Source: a virus (taxonomy: Duplodnaviria; Caudoviricetes). From it: 64,000 nt of DNA. A program made the translations under genes and the position numbers. Position 1 is the stretch's first letter. Every line of letters starts with the position of its first letter. The DNA lies in the IMG/VR virus record IMGVR_UViG_3300035520_001173, positions 20,061-84,060 of that record; one strand, 5' to 3'. The notes beneath the pieces were generated by a model. The model made no database searches. It was given only the letters and a program-made list of their open reading frames with translations, and was not told the origin of the DNA. This document shows positions 28,501 through 37,409 of the stretch, piece after piece.

Positions 28501-31500
28501 AAGAAAGTTCACAAATATTTCGCAATGATTGAGGGCGCAGAAAATAACTACCCCTTGACCGATATGCGTGTTCCTTTTGACGAGAACGTAACTGCTCACT
28601 TCGATAGTGGTGAACAGGACGGATGGAATGACCCTGTTAAAGGTGATGTCGCAATTGATATTGATAAGTTTGCATCTTCGGCAACCGACTCTGAAGGTAA
28701 TTCAATTCCAAGTGAAGAAATTACTAACAAGATTAAAGCTGCATGGAACTTCTTATATTGGCACAATCCTCGTATTACTTACTATTCTAATGCATACGAG
28801 ACATTCTTGACTGACGATTCTCTTGATACCACTATGGCCTATTGGTTTACGAGCGGTACTAGGAAATATCAACTTGTACGTTATGCAGGTGAAAAATTAG
28901 GTTGGGTTGATGCAGGTATGCTAAGCGGTAGTACTTATGCGGTTCGTGACCTTTCTACTGATACTATTACAAAGTCGGCATTTAGTGATTCTTCAATTGC
29001 AGGTGATTACTCTAAGATGAACTCAGCTATCATTGCTGCTCTTGCTGCTGATGCTAAATTACATATTGGCGAATATTTCAATGTGGAATCATTGAAATTC
29101 CACTATGCATATGTAAATCATTTCATTGCAGGTACTGATAACTGTTCTAAGAACACTTATTATGTTCTTGCTCCGAGGACTAAGGATGGCGTCACTACAT
29201 GGTTAATTGAGCTTCACCAAGATGACCTTGATACTATCTTCTCAACTGATAATACAGGCCGTCAAACTAAGCCTTACTACATTGACCGTCAACATCCGTA
29301 TGCTGATGGTAAGCCTAACGATATTCTTTACGAAGGTAGTGCAAATGTTCTGTTTAACCTTGTAGAATTGATGTATGAAGATAGTAAGGAACTTCAAACA
29401 ATGCTCCACAATATTTTCACTACAATGTGCGAACTTGTTGGTAAAGAAGATGATCTTGTTGGCCTTACTAACAATGAAACTAAGAAAACGCCTTGGGGTT
29501 TCTTGCACAAATATTATTTCAACGTACAAAACTATTTCCCCGCTATAGCTTGGAATGAAATGGCACGTATTCGTTACGAATACCCTGCTTCAACAGGCTT
29601 CGTTTCAACAGGTGGTCGTAGTGTTCCCCCGTTGACTCAATCTTTGGGTAATCAACTTGAGGCTGAAAAGCAATATATGAAACGTAGGCTTATCTACGCT
29701 GCTTCATATGCTGCTTGGGGCGATTTTGAATACGCAACAACAGGTAGCGTTGGCATTTCAGATGTAGCAAGTTCTTTCGGTTTTCAAGGCTACAAATTGC
29801 CCAATGGTCAAACTGCTTCATATAAGATTAGCGTAACTCCTCACCAATACATCTATCCGACGGGTAACACAGGTAGTAATACTGTTGACCCACATGTTCG
29901 CCTATCTCCTGGCCAAACTTATAAGTTTAACCTTGGTACTGTTGATGGAGATACTGGTGTTGCAATCTTTGCAGCTAACTATTATCGTTCATTCGGTAAT
30001 GTCGGTGATTTATCTTGTAAAGCTGATGCACAGTTTACTCTTACAGGCAAACGCTTAATTGAATTTACCGCCGAACCCACCTTATTGTATGATGGTCAAG
30101 CCGCTTTCCGCCCTAAACAGTTTGCTATCAACGGCGCTAATGCTCTGAAATCTTTCAGCTTGAAAGGTTGCGATGGCATTAAAGGTAGTCTTGATTTAAG
30201 CGAATTGATTCGTGTTAAGACAATTGATGTTTGCGGTACAGGAATTACGAGTGTAGTTCTACCTGAAAGTGAGAACCTTAAGAAAGTTTGCTTACCTGCA
30301 AAACTTACTGAATTAACTCTTGATGATGTTCCCAATCTCAATGACCTTACTCTTGAAGGCTATTCTGCATTGAAATCAATCAAAATCAGTGATAATGTAG
30401 GCGCTCTTAATACTCAAGCGATTATTAGTTCTTGTTACGATAACAACGCTCCTTTGGAAAGTGTTAGCATTGCCAATATTAATTGGACTAATGCATCGGC
30501 TACTATTTTGGATTGGCTTCTCGATGTTAAGTCTTTATCTCTATCAGGTAGAATTGAATTAGCAAGCAATGTGGCTATCTCTTATAGCACTAAGATGAAG
30601 CTTGTATCTCTTTTCGGCAATATTGATTCTGAAACCAACTCTCTGTATATTAAGTATAAACAGAACGGTATCAATACAATTGAGATTGCTTGCCCCACTG
30701 AGTTTACTAAGGTAGGCACCTACACCGACTTCTCAATTTCAACATTGCCTACAACAGGTAATAACATTAAGATTAATAATGATGGTACCCCTGCAATCAC
30801 TTGGTCTATCAGTTCTGAAGCTGCTGCTTATGCCGAATTCACGGATTCTGCTAATGGTGTATTCAAGGTTAAGCAATTGGAGCAAAGAGACTCTAACTCT
30901 TACCACACTGTAACTGTTAGTGTTGAGCTTCTTAGCGGTAAGACTCTGACTGCTTCAACTAGGATTCACTTGTTTAGACGTATTCCTGAAGTGGGTGACT
31001 TTGCATGGCATGATGGTTCATTCAGCAATGCATTCACAACTTTGAAAACTCTTGTTGGTATTGTATATCGTGTTGTTAAAGTTTCCGACGCTGAATATAC
31101 AGTTCATATTGATGCTGCAAAGACTGTAAACGTTAAGAACTCAGCAGGTACTGTAAGCGCTGGCTCTACTCTTCCTTGGGGTCTTTTCAATTCAACTGAT
31201 ACCAATGGTTTCTCAACCGATGTTGCTACTGAAATCATGAACGCCACAGGTTGGTCTTCTACAGGTAGTGTATTTGATATTGCTGAATTAACCAACTACA
31301 CTTCAACAGGCTTAGGTAATGGCTCAGTTCATAGCAGCGGAGGGTATCTTGAAAAAGATAACTACATTGATGAAACAACTGATGATGGCTATAAGACAAT
31401 TTCAAGTGGTTCTGTAACTGATTTCAACCATAAGTCCAATACTGATAAAATTGTTGCCCATGCTAATGCAATCATTGATAAGTATCTTGATAAGTCTCGC

Positions 31501-32049
31501 CCCGAAACTACAGAGGAACTTGCTGACTTGATGTATTGGTGTCAACAACAAGACCAAACAGGTAATATGTACACCAAGTATTGGCAGTTATGCTACCCTG
31601 CTGCTTATGCTTGCCGTGTATATGCCCCTACCGTTGCTGATGGTCAAGTCTTAGACGATGCTTATAAGGCAGGCTCTTGGGATTTGCCCGCCACAGGTGA
31701 TGCAGGACGCATTTATAACTTCTATCACGCTTCACGTAATTATGTAGAAAGTAGTACCCCTACTTCAACTTACGCCGTGGATGAAGATTCATTCAATGTT
31801 ATGCAAGAGGCCCTTAAGCCTGTTTTTGCTCAAGCATTGAAACGTATGGAAGATGCAGGAGTTACCTCGTCAGGCTATGGTACGTATATGACGCTGCACA
31901 GCAACAGTTACCACTGGTGTTCCACAGAGTGCGGCTCGAACGGCGCTTGGAACATGTACTTTACCAATGGTAACTGCAACGGCAACGGCTACGGCAAGGG
32001 CAACCGTTGCGTTGTGCGGGCAGTTGTCGCATATCCCTTTACCCTTTAG
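25531..32049 (+). CDS. giant receptor-binding/fibre protein, DGR target (LamG-like, CotH-kinase-like, LRR, Ig-like and C-terminal CLec-type VR domains)
   Basis: 2172 aa. LVRVFINGV...IGSSSADIDIYSLRCY; DNCSKNTYY...HQDDLDT; LRR-like LxxLxL tract; C-terminal YHWCSTE..AW...FTNG....K....VRAV. Confidence 0.85.
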   Translation: MINEEFTDLSGLFPKKDNDDALDQIEADSTESDEYLSSDEWNKLGNFLTQVKKRITDIEYNAIYGIRQGATTFYADDHEVTLTENIATIPTQGTSISVVFKNTNANFVSVNGECKLEFKAISVKEGSNFSETVAVEVLTAPTGSTNWTSRGTVNVNSRGDSSTQYDSVTLTSDSTATGDGYIYVGSGTRQLKLVGVGQSSRVEGSSDIATISLTSLKLVNKINYNTPIDASNAIFPISYQIYGGINKTLHVEITGSTSTYSTTYTIGTTQYDTENFSRNITDPNNANGILSHGVHTVTAWLTALDGDGNEVSSDKLVNQFMVINNDTATVSERTQPYLMLQGMGATTEVTNYVQANLCNYAVFVPKYVDGKIVADTDSEINLKFLITSYSENPLNDDNMVTYLTVSEPVKGGVQYNLTTTVEIEPASESEAEATSYDAYFRVWRYTTNNEGDVVDTFDFLNESSGFTYRKIDVDNSDSFTPTSGASFLINPKVRSNSEADFKRIYNAKADNAEIESVWTGFSGVNDGWITSSDDSQRVLRVLAGEKLTIKYNPFAQFLSDPNTSLTFEMDYKVRNVSDPEDEQIIGINETVGGSTIGLVMSSIRAYLLTKSNQVSENQDWQWQEDARTHVSINICNDVTSKEGANSLALVRVFINGVLNREFTFNKTDKNEFCTAALSNGGIVIGSSSADIDIYSLRCYTNQTLSPRNIVKNWIATLPTSAEKLQAREDNDILDSETNLITVSKLAEHKKRCLIWHGVEPYQMLSSKQPGYWEIRQYNDDGSINNEISGTIGKESYLAYLKDSSVNCLVASRQGSTANTYYWSNMQTKIKDLKNKITVKLSDFHSSITVVVNDDNTATITGGNIDGTYELVDNETAVQVVDGWVDFNGKYHGNGFQVATTVPLGQKMVNKINYASSMQSHLCGGVASYNDLHTAIVGKNDLQVDTPNARVSKYTEPFFFFVQETETAEPEYRGPSTFGPGKMDDVTWGLKKKVHKYFAMIEGAENNYPLTDMRVPFDENVTAHFDSGEQDGWNDPVKGDVAIDIDKFASSATDSEGNSIPSEEITNKIKAAWNFLYWHNPRITYYSNAYETFLTDDSLDTTMAYWFTSGTRKYQLVRYAGEKLGWVDAGMLSGSTYAVRDLSTDTITKSAFSDSSIAGDYSKMNSAIIAALAADAKLHIGEYFNVESLKFHYAYVNHFIAGTDNCSKNTYYVLAPRTKDGVTTWLIELHQDDLDTIFSTDNTGRQTKPYYIDRQHPYADGKPNDILYEGSANVLFNLVELMYEDSKELQTMLHNIFTTMCELVGKEDDLVGLTNNETKKTPWGFLHKYYFNVQNYFPAIAWNEMARIRYEYPASTGFVSTGGRSVPPLTQSLGNQLEAEKQYMKRRLIYAASYAAWGDFEYATTGSVGISDVASSFGFQGYKLPNGQTASYKISVTPHQYIYPTGNTGSNTVDPHVRLSPGQTYKFNLGTVDGDTGVAIFAANYYRSFGNVGDLSCKADAQFTLTGKRLIEFTAEPTLLYDGQAAFRPKQFAINGANALKSFSLKGCDGIKGSLDLSELIRVKTIDVCGTGITSVVLPESENLKKVCLPAKLTELTLDDVPNLNDLTLEGYSALKSIKISDNVGALNTQAIISSCYDNNAPLESVSIANINWTNASATILDWLLDVKSLSLSGRIELASNVAISYSTKMKLVSLFGNIDSETNSLYIKYKQNGINTIEIACPTEFTKVGTYTDFSISTLPTTGNNIKINNDGTPAITWSISSEAAAYAEFTDSANGVFKVKQLEQRDSNSYHTVTVSVELLSGKTLTASTRIHLFRRIPEVGDFAWHDGSFSNAFTTLKTLVGIVYRVVKVSDAEYTVHIDAAKTVNVKNSAGTVSAGSTLPWGLFNSTDTNGFSTDVATEIMNATGWSSTGSVFDIAELTNYTSTGLGNGSVHSSGGYLEKDNYIDETTDDGYKTISSGSVTDFNHKSNTDKIVAHANAIIDKYLDKSRPETTEELADLMYWCQQQDQTGNMYTKYWQLCYPAAYACRVYAPTVADGQVLDDAYKAGSWDLPATGDAGRIYNFYHASRNYVESSTPTSTYAVDEDSFNVMQEALKPVFAQALKRMEDAGVTSSGYGTYMTLHSNSYHWCSTECGSNGAWNMYFTNGNCNGNGYGKGNRCVVRAVVAYPFTL
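31905..32032 (+). repeat. DGR variable repeat (VR)
   Basis: Aligns to TR 33202-33323 with 15 substitutions, 14 at TR adenines, plus a 6-nt insertion. Confidence 0.95.
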
Positions 32050-32055
32050 CCCTTT

Positions 32056-32078
32056 GTGAGTAGCCTTGCGCTGCTCAC
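32056..32078 (+). other. DGR-type hairpin/cruciform downstream of VR/IMH
   Basis: GTGAGTAGC-CTTGC-GCTGCTCAC, 9-bp stem with one G:T pair, 23 nt after the end of VR. Confidence 0.7.
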
Positions 32079-32130
32079 TATAGAACATTTAAATAAACTC
32101 GTTTAGTGGGGCAGTAAGCAACTACGCTAT

Positions 32131-32173
32131 GAATAACACGGGTAACCTTCTTCTTATCCGTGTTATTCTTTTT
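32131..32173 (+). terminator. intrinsic terminator after the DGR target
   Basis: GAATAACACGG/CCGTGTTATTC stem followed by Ts. Confidence 0.75.
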
Positions 32174-32194
32174 ATACTGTTTTACTACTATAAC

Positions 32195-32223
32195 TTGACT
32201 TTTTAAAACCCGTATAATATATT
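32195..32223 (+). promoter_or_regulatory. putative promoter TTGACT-N17-TATATT for the avd-TR-RT operon
   Basis: Same motif class as 24156, 24971, 47184 and 48477. Confidence 0.55.
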
Positions 32224-32462
32224 TTATTAGACATAAATTCGAAAACAACTTAAACTGTTTAACAGATTGTCTTGAGGTACAGAGCAGGCAATGCCAAAGA
32301 AATAACAGTCTCTTCTTGCTAAGCTTTCTGAAACTGTTTATTTTGTTTAAAATTATACCAATTTTAAAAAATATGTTTAAAAACAGTATTTTTTAGCATA
32401 TTGATATATTTATTAATATAAATAAAAATAAATAAGAGAATAAAAAAACAGCAAACAAATTT

Positions 32463-33059
32463 ATGGCGTTCAACGAAAAGAACGAAGACAAATTAAAATA
32501 TGATGTTAATTTTAGTGGTCTTAAGAACTTGAGATATAGCGATGATAAAAATCGCATGATGAGAATTAAGGACTTAAACGACGATGGTGGTTGCGTTATA
32601 CTCCCCTCTGATTCTGTAGAACGGAGCAACTACCTGAAAGAAGTAATGGGACAGAAAGGCGTTTGCCGATTACCTGTATTTAAAGAGATGGGTAATTTGA
32701 TTTATACTATAGTTGAATTGTTACCAATCGCCCCTCACGCCTCTAAGCCCTATTTCGATTCAGTTATTCTTTTGGCTAATGATATTTTAGCGAAAATTAC
32801 ATTAGCTAATGAGATATTAAGCGCTGACGCTGAAAAACGTGCCGACCTTATTAGTCAGTGTATTGCGTTAGTGCAGGCATTAAACATCCACTTAGTGATA
32901 ATTTCTCGCCTTCATCAGCAAGGCAAGGGCAGTCACCTTCTTTTTAATAGAAAGAGCTTGTCGCAAGTGGTCAAAAGGTCCGAGAAAGTTGCCAAACAAT
33001 TGTATGGATGGCGTAGTTACACTCTCGGCCTGCGCAAGGGTCATAATGATGTTGTATGA
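32463..33059 (+). CDS. avd: DGR accessory variability determinant (bAvd-like four-helix bundle)
   Basis: LPVFKEMGNL...QLYGWR; located immediately 5' of TR and RT. Confidence 0.8.
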   Translation: MAFNEKNEDKLKYDVNFSGLKNLRYSDDKNRMMRIKDLNDDGGCVILPSDSVERSNYLKEVMGQKGVCRLPVFKEMGNLIYTIVELLPIAPHASKPYFDSVILLANDILAKITLANEILSADAEKRADLISQCIALVQALNIHLVIISRLHQQGKGSHLLFNRKSLSQVVKRSEKVAKQLYGWRSYTLGLRKGHNDVV

Positions 33060-33201
33060 TTATGAGAATGCGTAAGAACCCATCATATGGGCGGTTTACT
33101 TGTAAGAGCCACCAAACAAAATTTAAAAGGTTAATTCCGATGAACAATAAAAATTTATTCTCGGTTCTCATAAGTTACGAAGTTGCAAAACCGCAATCGG
33201 G

Positions 33202-33323
33202 CAGTAACCACTGGTGTTCCACAGAGTACAACTCGAACAACGCTTGGAACATGAACTTTACCAATGGTAACTACAACAACAACAACAAGTACAACCGTTA
33301 CGTTGTGCGGGCAGTTGTCGCAT
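33202..33323 (+). repeat. DGR template repeat (TR)
   Basis: AAC-rich copy of VR located between avd and RT. Confidence 0.95.
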
Positions 33324-33405
33324 GTGGTGATGGTTCAAATAGTAAATCTTCTCAATTCCTTGAGAATAAATTAAGAAATTATTTCTTTTTGCCATAGTTT
33401 ATTTA

Positions 33406-34722
33406 ATGACCGAAGAAGATAAGTTCATGGACTCCGTAATTTATGCTTATTACGATTGTCTTAGAGGAAAGAGAAGTAGCGTTGAGGCTGTGCATTATCA
33501 AAATATTGTTAGGCACGACCTTCCGATTTTAGCCAAAAGCATGTGGGATGGCACTTATTCTCCATCACCAAGTACTTGCTTTATGGTTCATAAGCCTAAA
33601 GACCGAGAAGTCTTTGCGGCAAATTTTAGAGACAGAATTGTCCACCACTGGATATGTTTGAGGCTTGAACCTCTGTTCGAGAAACATATTTTTGTGCCGA
33701 TGGGAAATGTCTCTTTCAACTGCAGAAAGGGCTTCGGCACCACTGCGGCAGTCAATTACATTGAGAAGAATTTAGTAAGGTTGACAAATAATTATCAAAA
33801 AGAAGTTACTTACTTTAAAGGAGATTTATCTGGTTTCTTTATGAGTATCCTAAAGCCTCTTTTGAATGCAAAGCTTAAAACCTTTATTGAAAAGTACTAT
33901 CATGGAGATTATAAGTCAATCTTGCTAAATTTAACTCAAGTAACTGTTTTGCACCACCCTGAAAGGAACTGTATTATTAATTCAGACGCTAAAGAGTGGC
34001 TCAAGTTGCCAAAAAATAAATCTCTATTCTATTCTGAAGATAGAGGTATGCCAATCGGCAATTTGACTACTCAACTTTTTGCTAATTTCTTTATGTCGGA
34101 GTTTGATGCTTTTGTAAGGAAATACTTTAAAGAGCAAGATTATGCATATGCACGTTTTGTTGATGACTTCATAATCCTTTGCCGTAATAAAAAGTTCTTA
34201 AAAGAGTCAATACCTGTACTCGAAAATTTCTTATGGGAAGAGTTAAGTTTAACACTTCACAAGAATAAAAGAAGTATGCAGAAGGCAACTCGTGGAGTTT
34301 TGTTCTGTGGAACATATTTAAAAGTAAAAAGGAAGTATTTATCTAATAGAACAGTTAGTAACTTTTATAGTAGAATCCATGGCTTCAATGAAGATATCAA
34401 AAATAAAGAGCCAAATATGTTTGAGCTCGAACATATGGTAGCAACTATGAACTCCTATCTTGGATTCTGCAAAGGATTAAAAACATTCAAACTTCGAAAG
34501 AAAATATTTGAGCAATTTGACAAAGAGAAATTTGATAAGTATTTTTTAATAGATGAGAATTTAAGTAAAGTACAACTTAAAGATGAATACAAACCTATTG
34601 CTAATAGAGATTACCAAAAAATAGGACTTATAAAGAATAAAAATAAAAAGAATAAAAAGAGACGATGGAGAAAGTCAAATACAGTGAATACCCTTCGGTC
34701 ATCACCGCAACCAAATTCTTAA
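33406..34722 (+). CDS. DGR reverse transcriptase
   Basis: PKDREVFAANFRDRIVHH, KGDLSGFF, GMPIGNLTTQLFAN, YARFVDDF. Confidence 0.95.
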   Translation: MTEEDKFMDSVIYAYYDCLRGKRSSVEAVHYQNIVRHDLPILAKSMWDGTYSPSPSTCFMVHKPKDREVFAANFRDRIVHHWICLRLEPLFEKHIFVPMGNVSFNCRKGFGTTAAVNYIEKNLVRLTNNYQKEVTYFKGDLSGFFMSILKPLLNAKLKTFIEKYYHGDYKSILLNLTQVTVLHHPERNCIINSDAKEWLKLPKNKSLFYSEDRGMPIGNLTTQLFANFFMSEFDAFVRKYFKEQDYAYARFVDDFIILCRNKKFLKESIPVLENFLWEELSLTLHKNKRSMQKATRGVLFCGTYLKVKRKYLSNRTVSNFYSRIHGFNEDIKNKEPNMFELEHMVATMNSYLGFCKGLKTFKLRKKIFEQFDKEKFDKYFLIDENLSKVQLKDEYKPIANRDYQKIGLIKNKNKKNKKRRWRKSNTVNTLRSSPQPNS

Positions 34723-35096
34723 CAATGGATTCAACATCCATAAACATTGCCGTGGCAAAACAGGAAGCTGAAAATGATGAAACTCCTCAATATGAAGCTT
34801 ACACCACTAGTATCTCAAAGGCTACTATTGTAGATGTATTAGCTGCAATTGTAGAGAGTGAATTACTTGAGAAGTGTACTACTGATGAGCTTAAAGAAAT
34901 TTTTAATCACTTCAAGATAGATAGCTACGATGAAGCCGTTACCGCTCTTGTGCGCAGTAAATATTCAGCAGACAAAGTTGAAGCTATCTTATGCAATAGA
35001 GGTGACAATAACGCTGAACACGAACAAGAATATACTCAATTTCAAACGTGGAGAACCTATTCAAAAGAATTATCCTCAAAGATTTTCGATAGGTAA
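34665..35096 (+). CDS. hypothetical protein (possible fibre-assembly type)
   Basis: 143 aa, overlaps the RT 3' end; C-terminal EYTQFQTWR. Confidence 0.65.
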   Translation: MEKVKYSEYPSVITATKFLTMDSTSINIAVAKQEAENDETPQYEAYTTSISKATIVDVLAAIVESELLEKCTTDELKEIFNHFKIDSYDEAVTALVRSKYSADKVEAILCNRGDNNAEHEQEYTQFQTWRTYSKELSSKIFDR

Positions 35097-35179
35097 AAAA
35101 TTACACAAGGTAACTACTTAATGCTTTTCCCCATAGTAATGTTATACAACAAAGAGCATTTTTAAGCAACAACAACTCG

Positions 35180-35215
35180 AAAGCACTCAGTCTGAGAAGA
35201 TAGAGTGCTTTTTTA
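35180..35215. terminator. bidirectional terminator ending the DGR operon
   Basis: AAAGCACTC/GAGTGCTTT stem followed by Ts. Confidence 0.75.
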
Positions 35216-35218
35216 ATT

Positions 35219-35479
35219 TTAATAGTTGTTGATTTTTAGCTTTTCGATAACCGCTTCTGCTAACTCTAATGAATAAGACGGATGCGTTTCTTCTAAAATG
35301 TTCCATGCTTTTTTGTACTGTTTTATTGTTAACCAAAAGAAGCCATATCTTCGTGCTTGAATGACATATTCATTTAAAGCTGAAAAGTTTTCTCTACCTC
35401 GCTTATTTTTAATACGATAAGGAATCTCATCATTAAAACGTATTGCGAAACTCTGAAACCATTTATTGAGCATTTCCAT
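35219..35479 (-). CDS. hypothetical protein
   Basis: 86-aa ORF. Confidence 0.6.
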   Translation of the reverse strand: MEMLNKWFQSFAIRFNDEIPYRIKNKRGRENFSALNEYVIQARRYGFFWLTIKQYKKAWNILEETHPSYSLELAEAVIEKLKINNY

Positions 35480-35561
35480 TTATTCCATTTAGTTAATAGC
35501 CTCAATATACAAAAATATGGTCTACTTTCACAAGCAAACCATATTATATTGAGTTTGATTT

Positions 35562-36119
35562 TTAACTCAAATATAGAGTTCCTTTTTTGGATAATTTATC
35601 CAAGATGTCTTTGGCATCATTGCTTGAATAGGCAACTTTACCATCGCCGTCAATGATGCAAATTTTATCCTTTTGCAGTTCATTTTTACTTTCATTGAAA
35701 TGTTCTATAGAAAGAGGATTGTTTGAATTTTCAGTGCTTGTAACCCATCTTAGATTAGAAATCCTGTTATCATCTTTAATCGTATTGATATGGTCTACTT
35801 CACTTTTGTTTTCAGGATTATCAATGAAAGCCTTAGCAACTAATCTATGAACTGATATTAACTTATCATTAAGTTTTACTTTTACATACGAATTGTAATA
35901 GTGGCATTTCAAAATTTTCTCTTGAATATCGAATGATGAACGTTTGTCACTTTCTATTTTTCGTCCCTTTGATAAGACTCGGCCATATGAGCTTATTTTA
36001 TAATTTCCATTATAGCCTTCAATATCTTTCCACTCTTCCCCTTCTAAAGTTTCGGTTGAAAACCATTCGTCTGAGTTGACTATAGGGACTTGATAATATT
36101 TCTCTTGAGTTGTTGTCAT
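35562..36119 (-). mobile_element. NUMOD4-HNH homing endonuclease
   Basis: EEWKDIEGYNGNYKISSYGRV (NUMOD4) and VHRLVAKAF...VDHINTIKDDNRISNLRWV (HNH). Confidence 0.9.
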
Positions 36120-36182
36120 TTTTGCCTGTTGTTTTTAAATCAGTTATAAATTCAGTTGGATATTTGCTTAAATTCAACGATG

Positions 36183-36213
36183 CAAAGGTACAAACTTTTT
36201 CTGTCATTCCAAA
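36183..36213 (-). promoter_or_regulatory. Bacteroidota-type promoter TTTG-N19-TACCTTTG
   Basis: Full consensus match upstream of the HNH gene. Confidence 0.75.
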
Positions 36214-36906
36214 AACAAATTGATTATTTTTTTTGATAAAAATCCATTGAAGTATTATGCTTTTTTTAGGCCGCTACCGCCCCAAATTTCTATTTATTTT
36301 TCTTTTTCACTTGAATTCAATTCATTTTAACCGTAACTGTCTGATTTTCATTTTTGTCTTTTTATTTTTAATTTTTCTTTTTTTTATTAATAATATTATT
36401 CTAGAATAAATTAATTTATTAATAATTTATTTTTATATATAATATTATAAATTAGTTTATATTCTAAAGAATATAAACATTATAACTCTATAGAGTTATA
36501 ATATATTATTATTAATTTTAAAATAAAAAATATAATTAATTAATTTAATATTATACTAGTTATAAGTTTAATTGATTATAAAAGTAAAACAATTAAACTT
36601 ATAACGTACTGGAGTTAATAAGGGAAAAATAAGCAAACGAAATAACAAAAGCAAGTAATTTCCCTATGTTTTAAAGTTTATTAACTCAATATAGCCAAAA
36701 ATAATGCCATCTATAACTAAAATTAACTTTTAACTCTATAAAATGGTTGATTTTTGATTGATCAACGAAAAATAAATAATCTCTATGAAGAAAAATAATC
36801 AATCAAACAGAGATGGTAAAGAAAAAGTCAGTATATTTGAAACGCAGAGATTGAAGAGTCAACCTGCAAATAAAAAAAATAAATTTGCTTTAACTTCAAC
36901 ACAAAC
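36214..36906. other. very AT-rich non-coding region with palindromes (candidate origin)
   Basis: No long ORF; 24-bp perfect palindrome at 36479-36502; 16-bp inverted repeat at 36559-36574/36590-36605. Confidence 0.5.
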
Positions 36907-37377
36907 TTGAAAAAAGAGGACTTTGACTTCGATAAAGAGCTTGAGGTAGAACTACCTGATGATTTATTCAATCTCTATGTAGGAACAACCGACAAGTACA
37001 ACCCAAGAACATTTTTCATTGAAGGTACAACATTCACAAATCCACCTGACTATGAAGAGGGGGTAAAGTATGATACTGAAATAAGGCGAATAAAGGGGGC
37101 GTTTAGATATGCAGTTAATACTGAATTAACAACAAACCATCTCTATGAGAGAAGTGCTTTTGTTATCAATCTCGGTCTTATGAATATCGATGAGGAAATA
37201 GAAGCCGAAACTAAAGTTCTCTATTTCGATGTTACCTTTGTTCAAAAAAACAAACCGATTTTATCTATTGATGAAGTTTTGCCTAATATCAAGGAATTGG
37301 CTTATAAGTTCTTGGAATTGATAAAACAGCGAATAGACGATGAAGGTTTTGAAATCTTCAAAAACATAGAAGAATAA
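36907..37377 (+). CDS. hypothetical protein
   Basis: 156-aa ORF. Confidence 0.65.
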   Translation: MKKEDFDFDKELEVELPDDLFNLYVGTTDKYNPRTFFIEGTTFTNPPDYEEGVKYDTEIRRIKGAFRYAVNTELTTNHLYERSAFVINLGLMNIDEEIEAETKVLYFDVTFVQKNKPILSIDEVLPNIKELAYKFLELIKQRIDDEGFEIFKNIEE

Positions 37378-37378
37378 C

Positions 37379-37385
37379 TATTTAT
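37379..37385 (+). promoter_or_regulatory. putative late promoter TATTTAT
   Basis: 24 nt upstream of ATG 37410 at a non-divergent locus. Confidence 0.6.
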
Positions 37386-37409
37386 CAACAGATAAATAAA
37401 TAATTAAAA

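Noticed and set aside
32195-32218. TTGACT...TATAAT as a classic sigma70 promoter
   Set aside because: Spacer to TATAAT is only 12 nt. The 17-nt-spaced TATATT fits the recurring motif class better.
23690-32302. Shared GCA(G/A)TGCCAAA string in hairpins at about 23690 and 32290 as a riboswitch or repeat
   Set aside because: Only two short copies and no recognisable aptamer consensus.
33260-33300. AAC tandem repeats as a CRISPR array or simple microsatellite
   Set aside because: They are the adenine-rich codons of the DGR template repeat. No repeat-spacer array was seen anywhere in the window.
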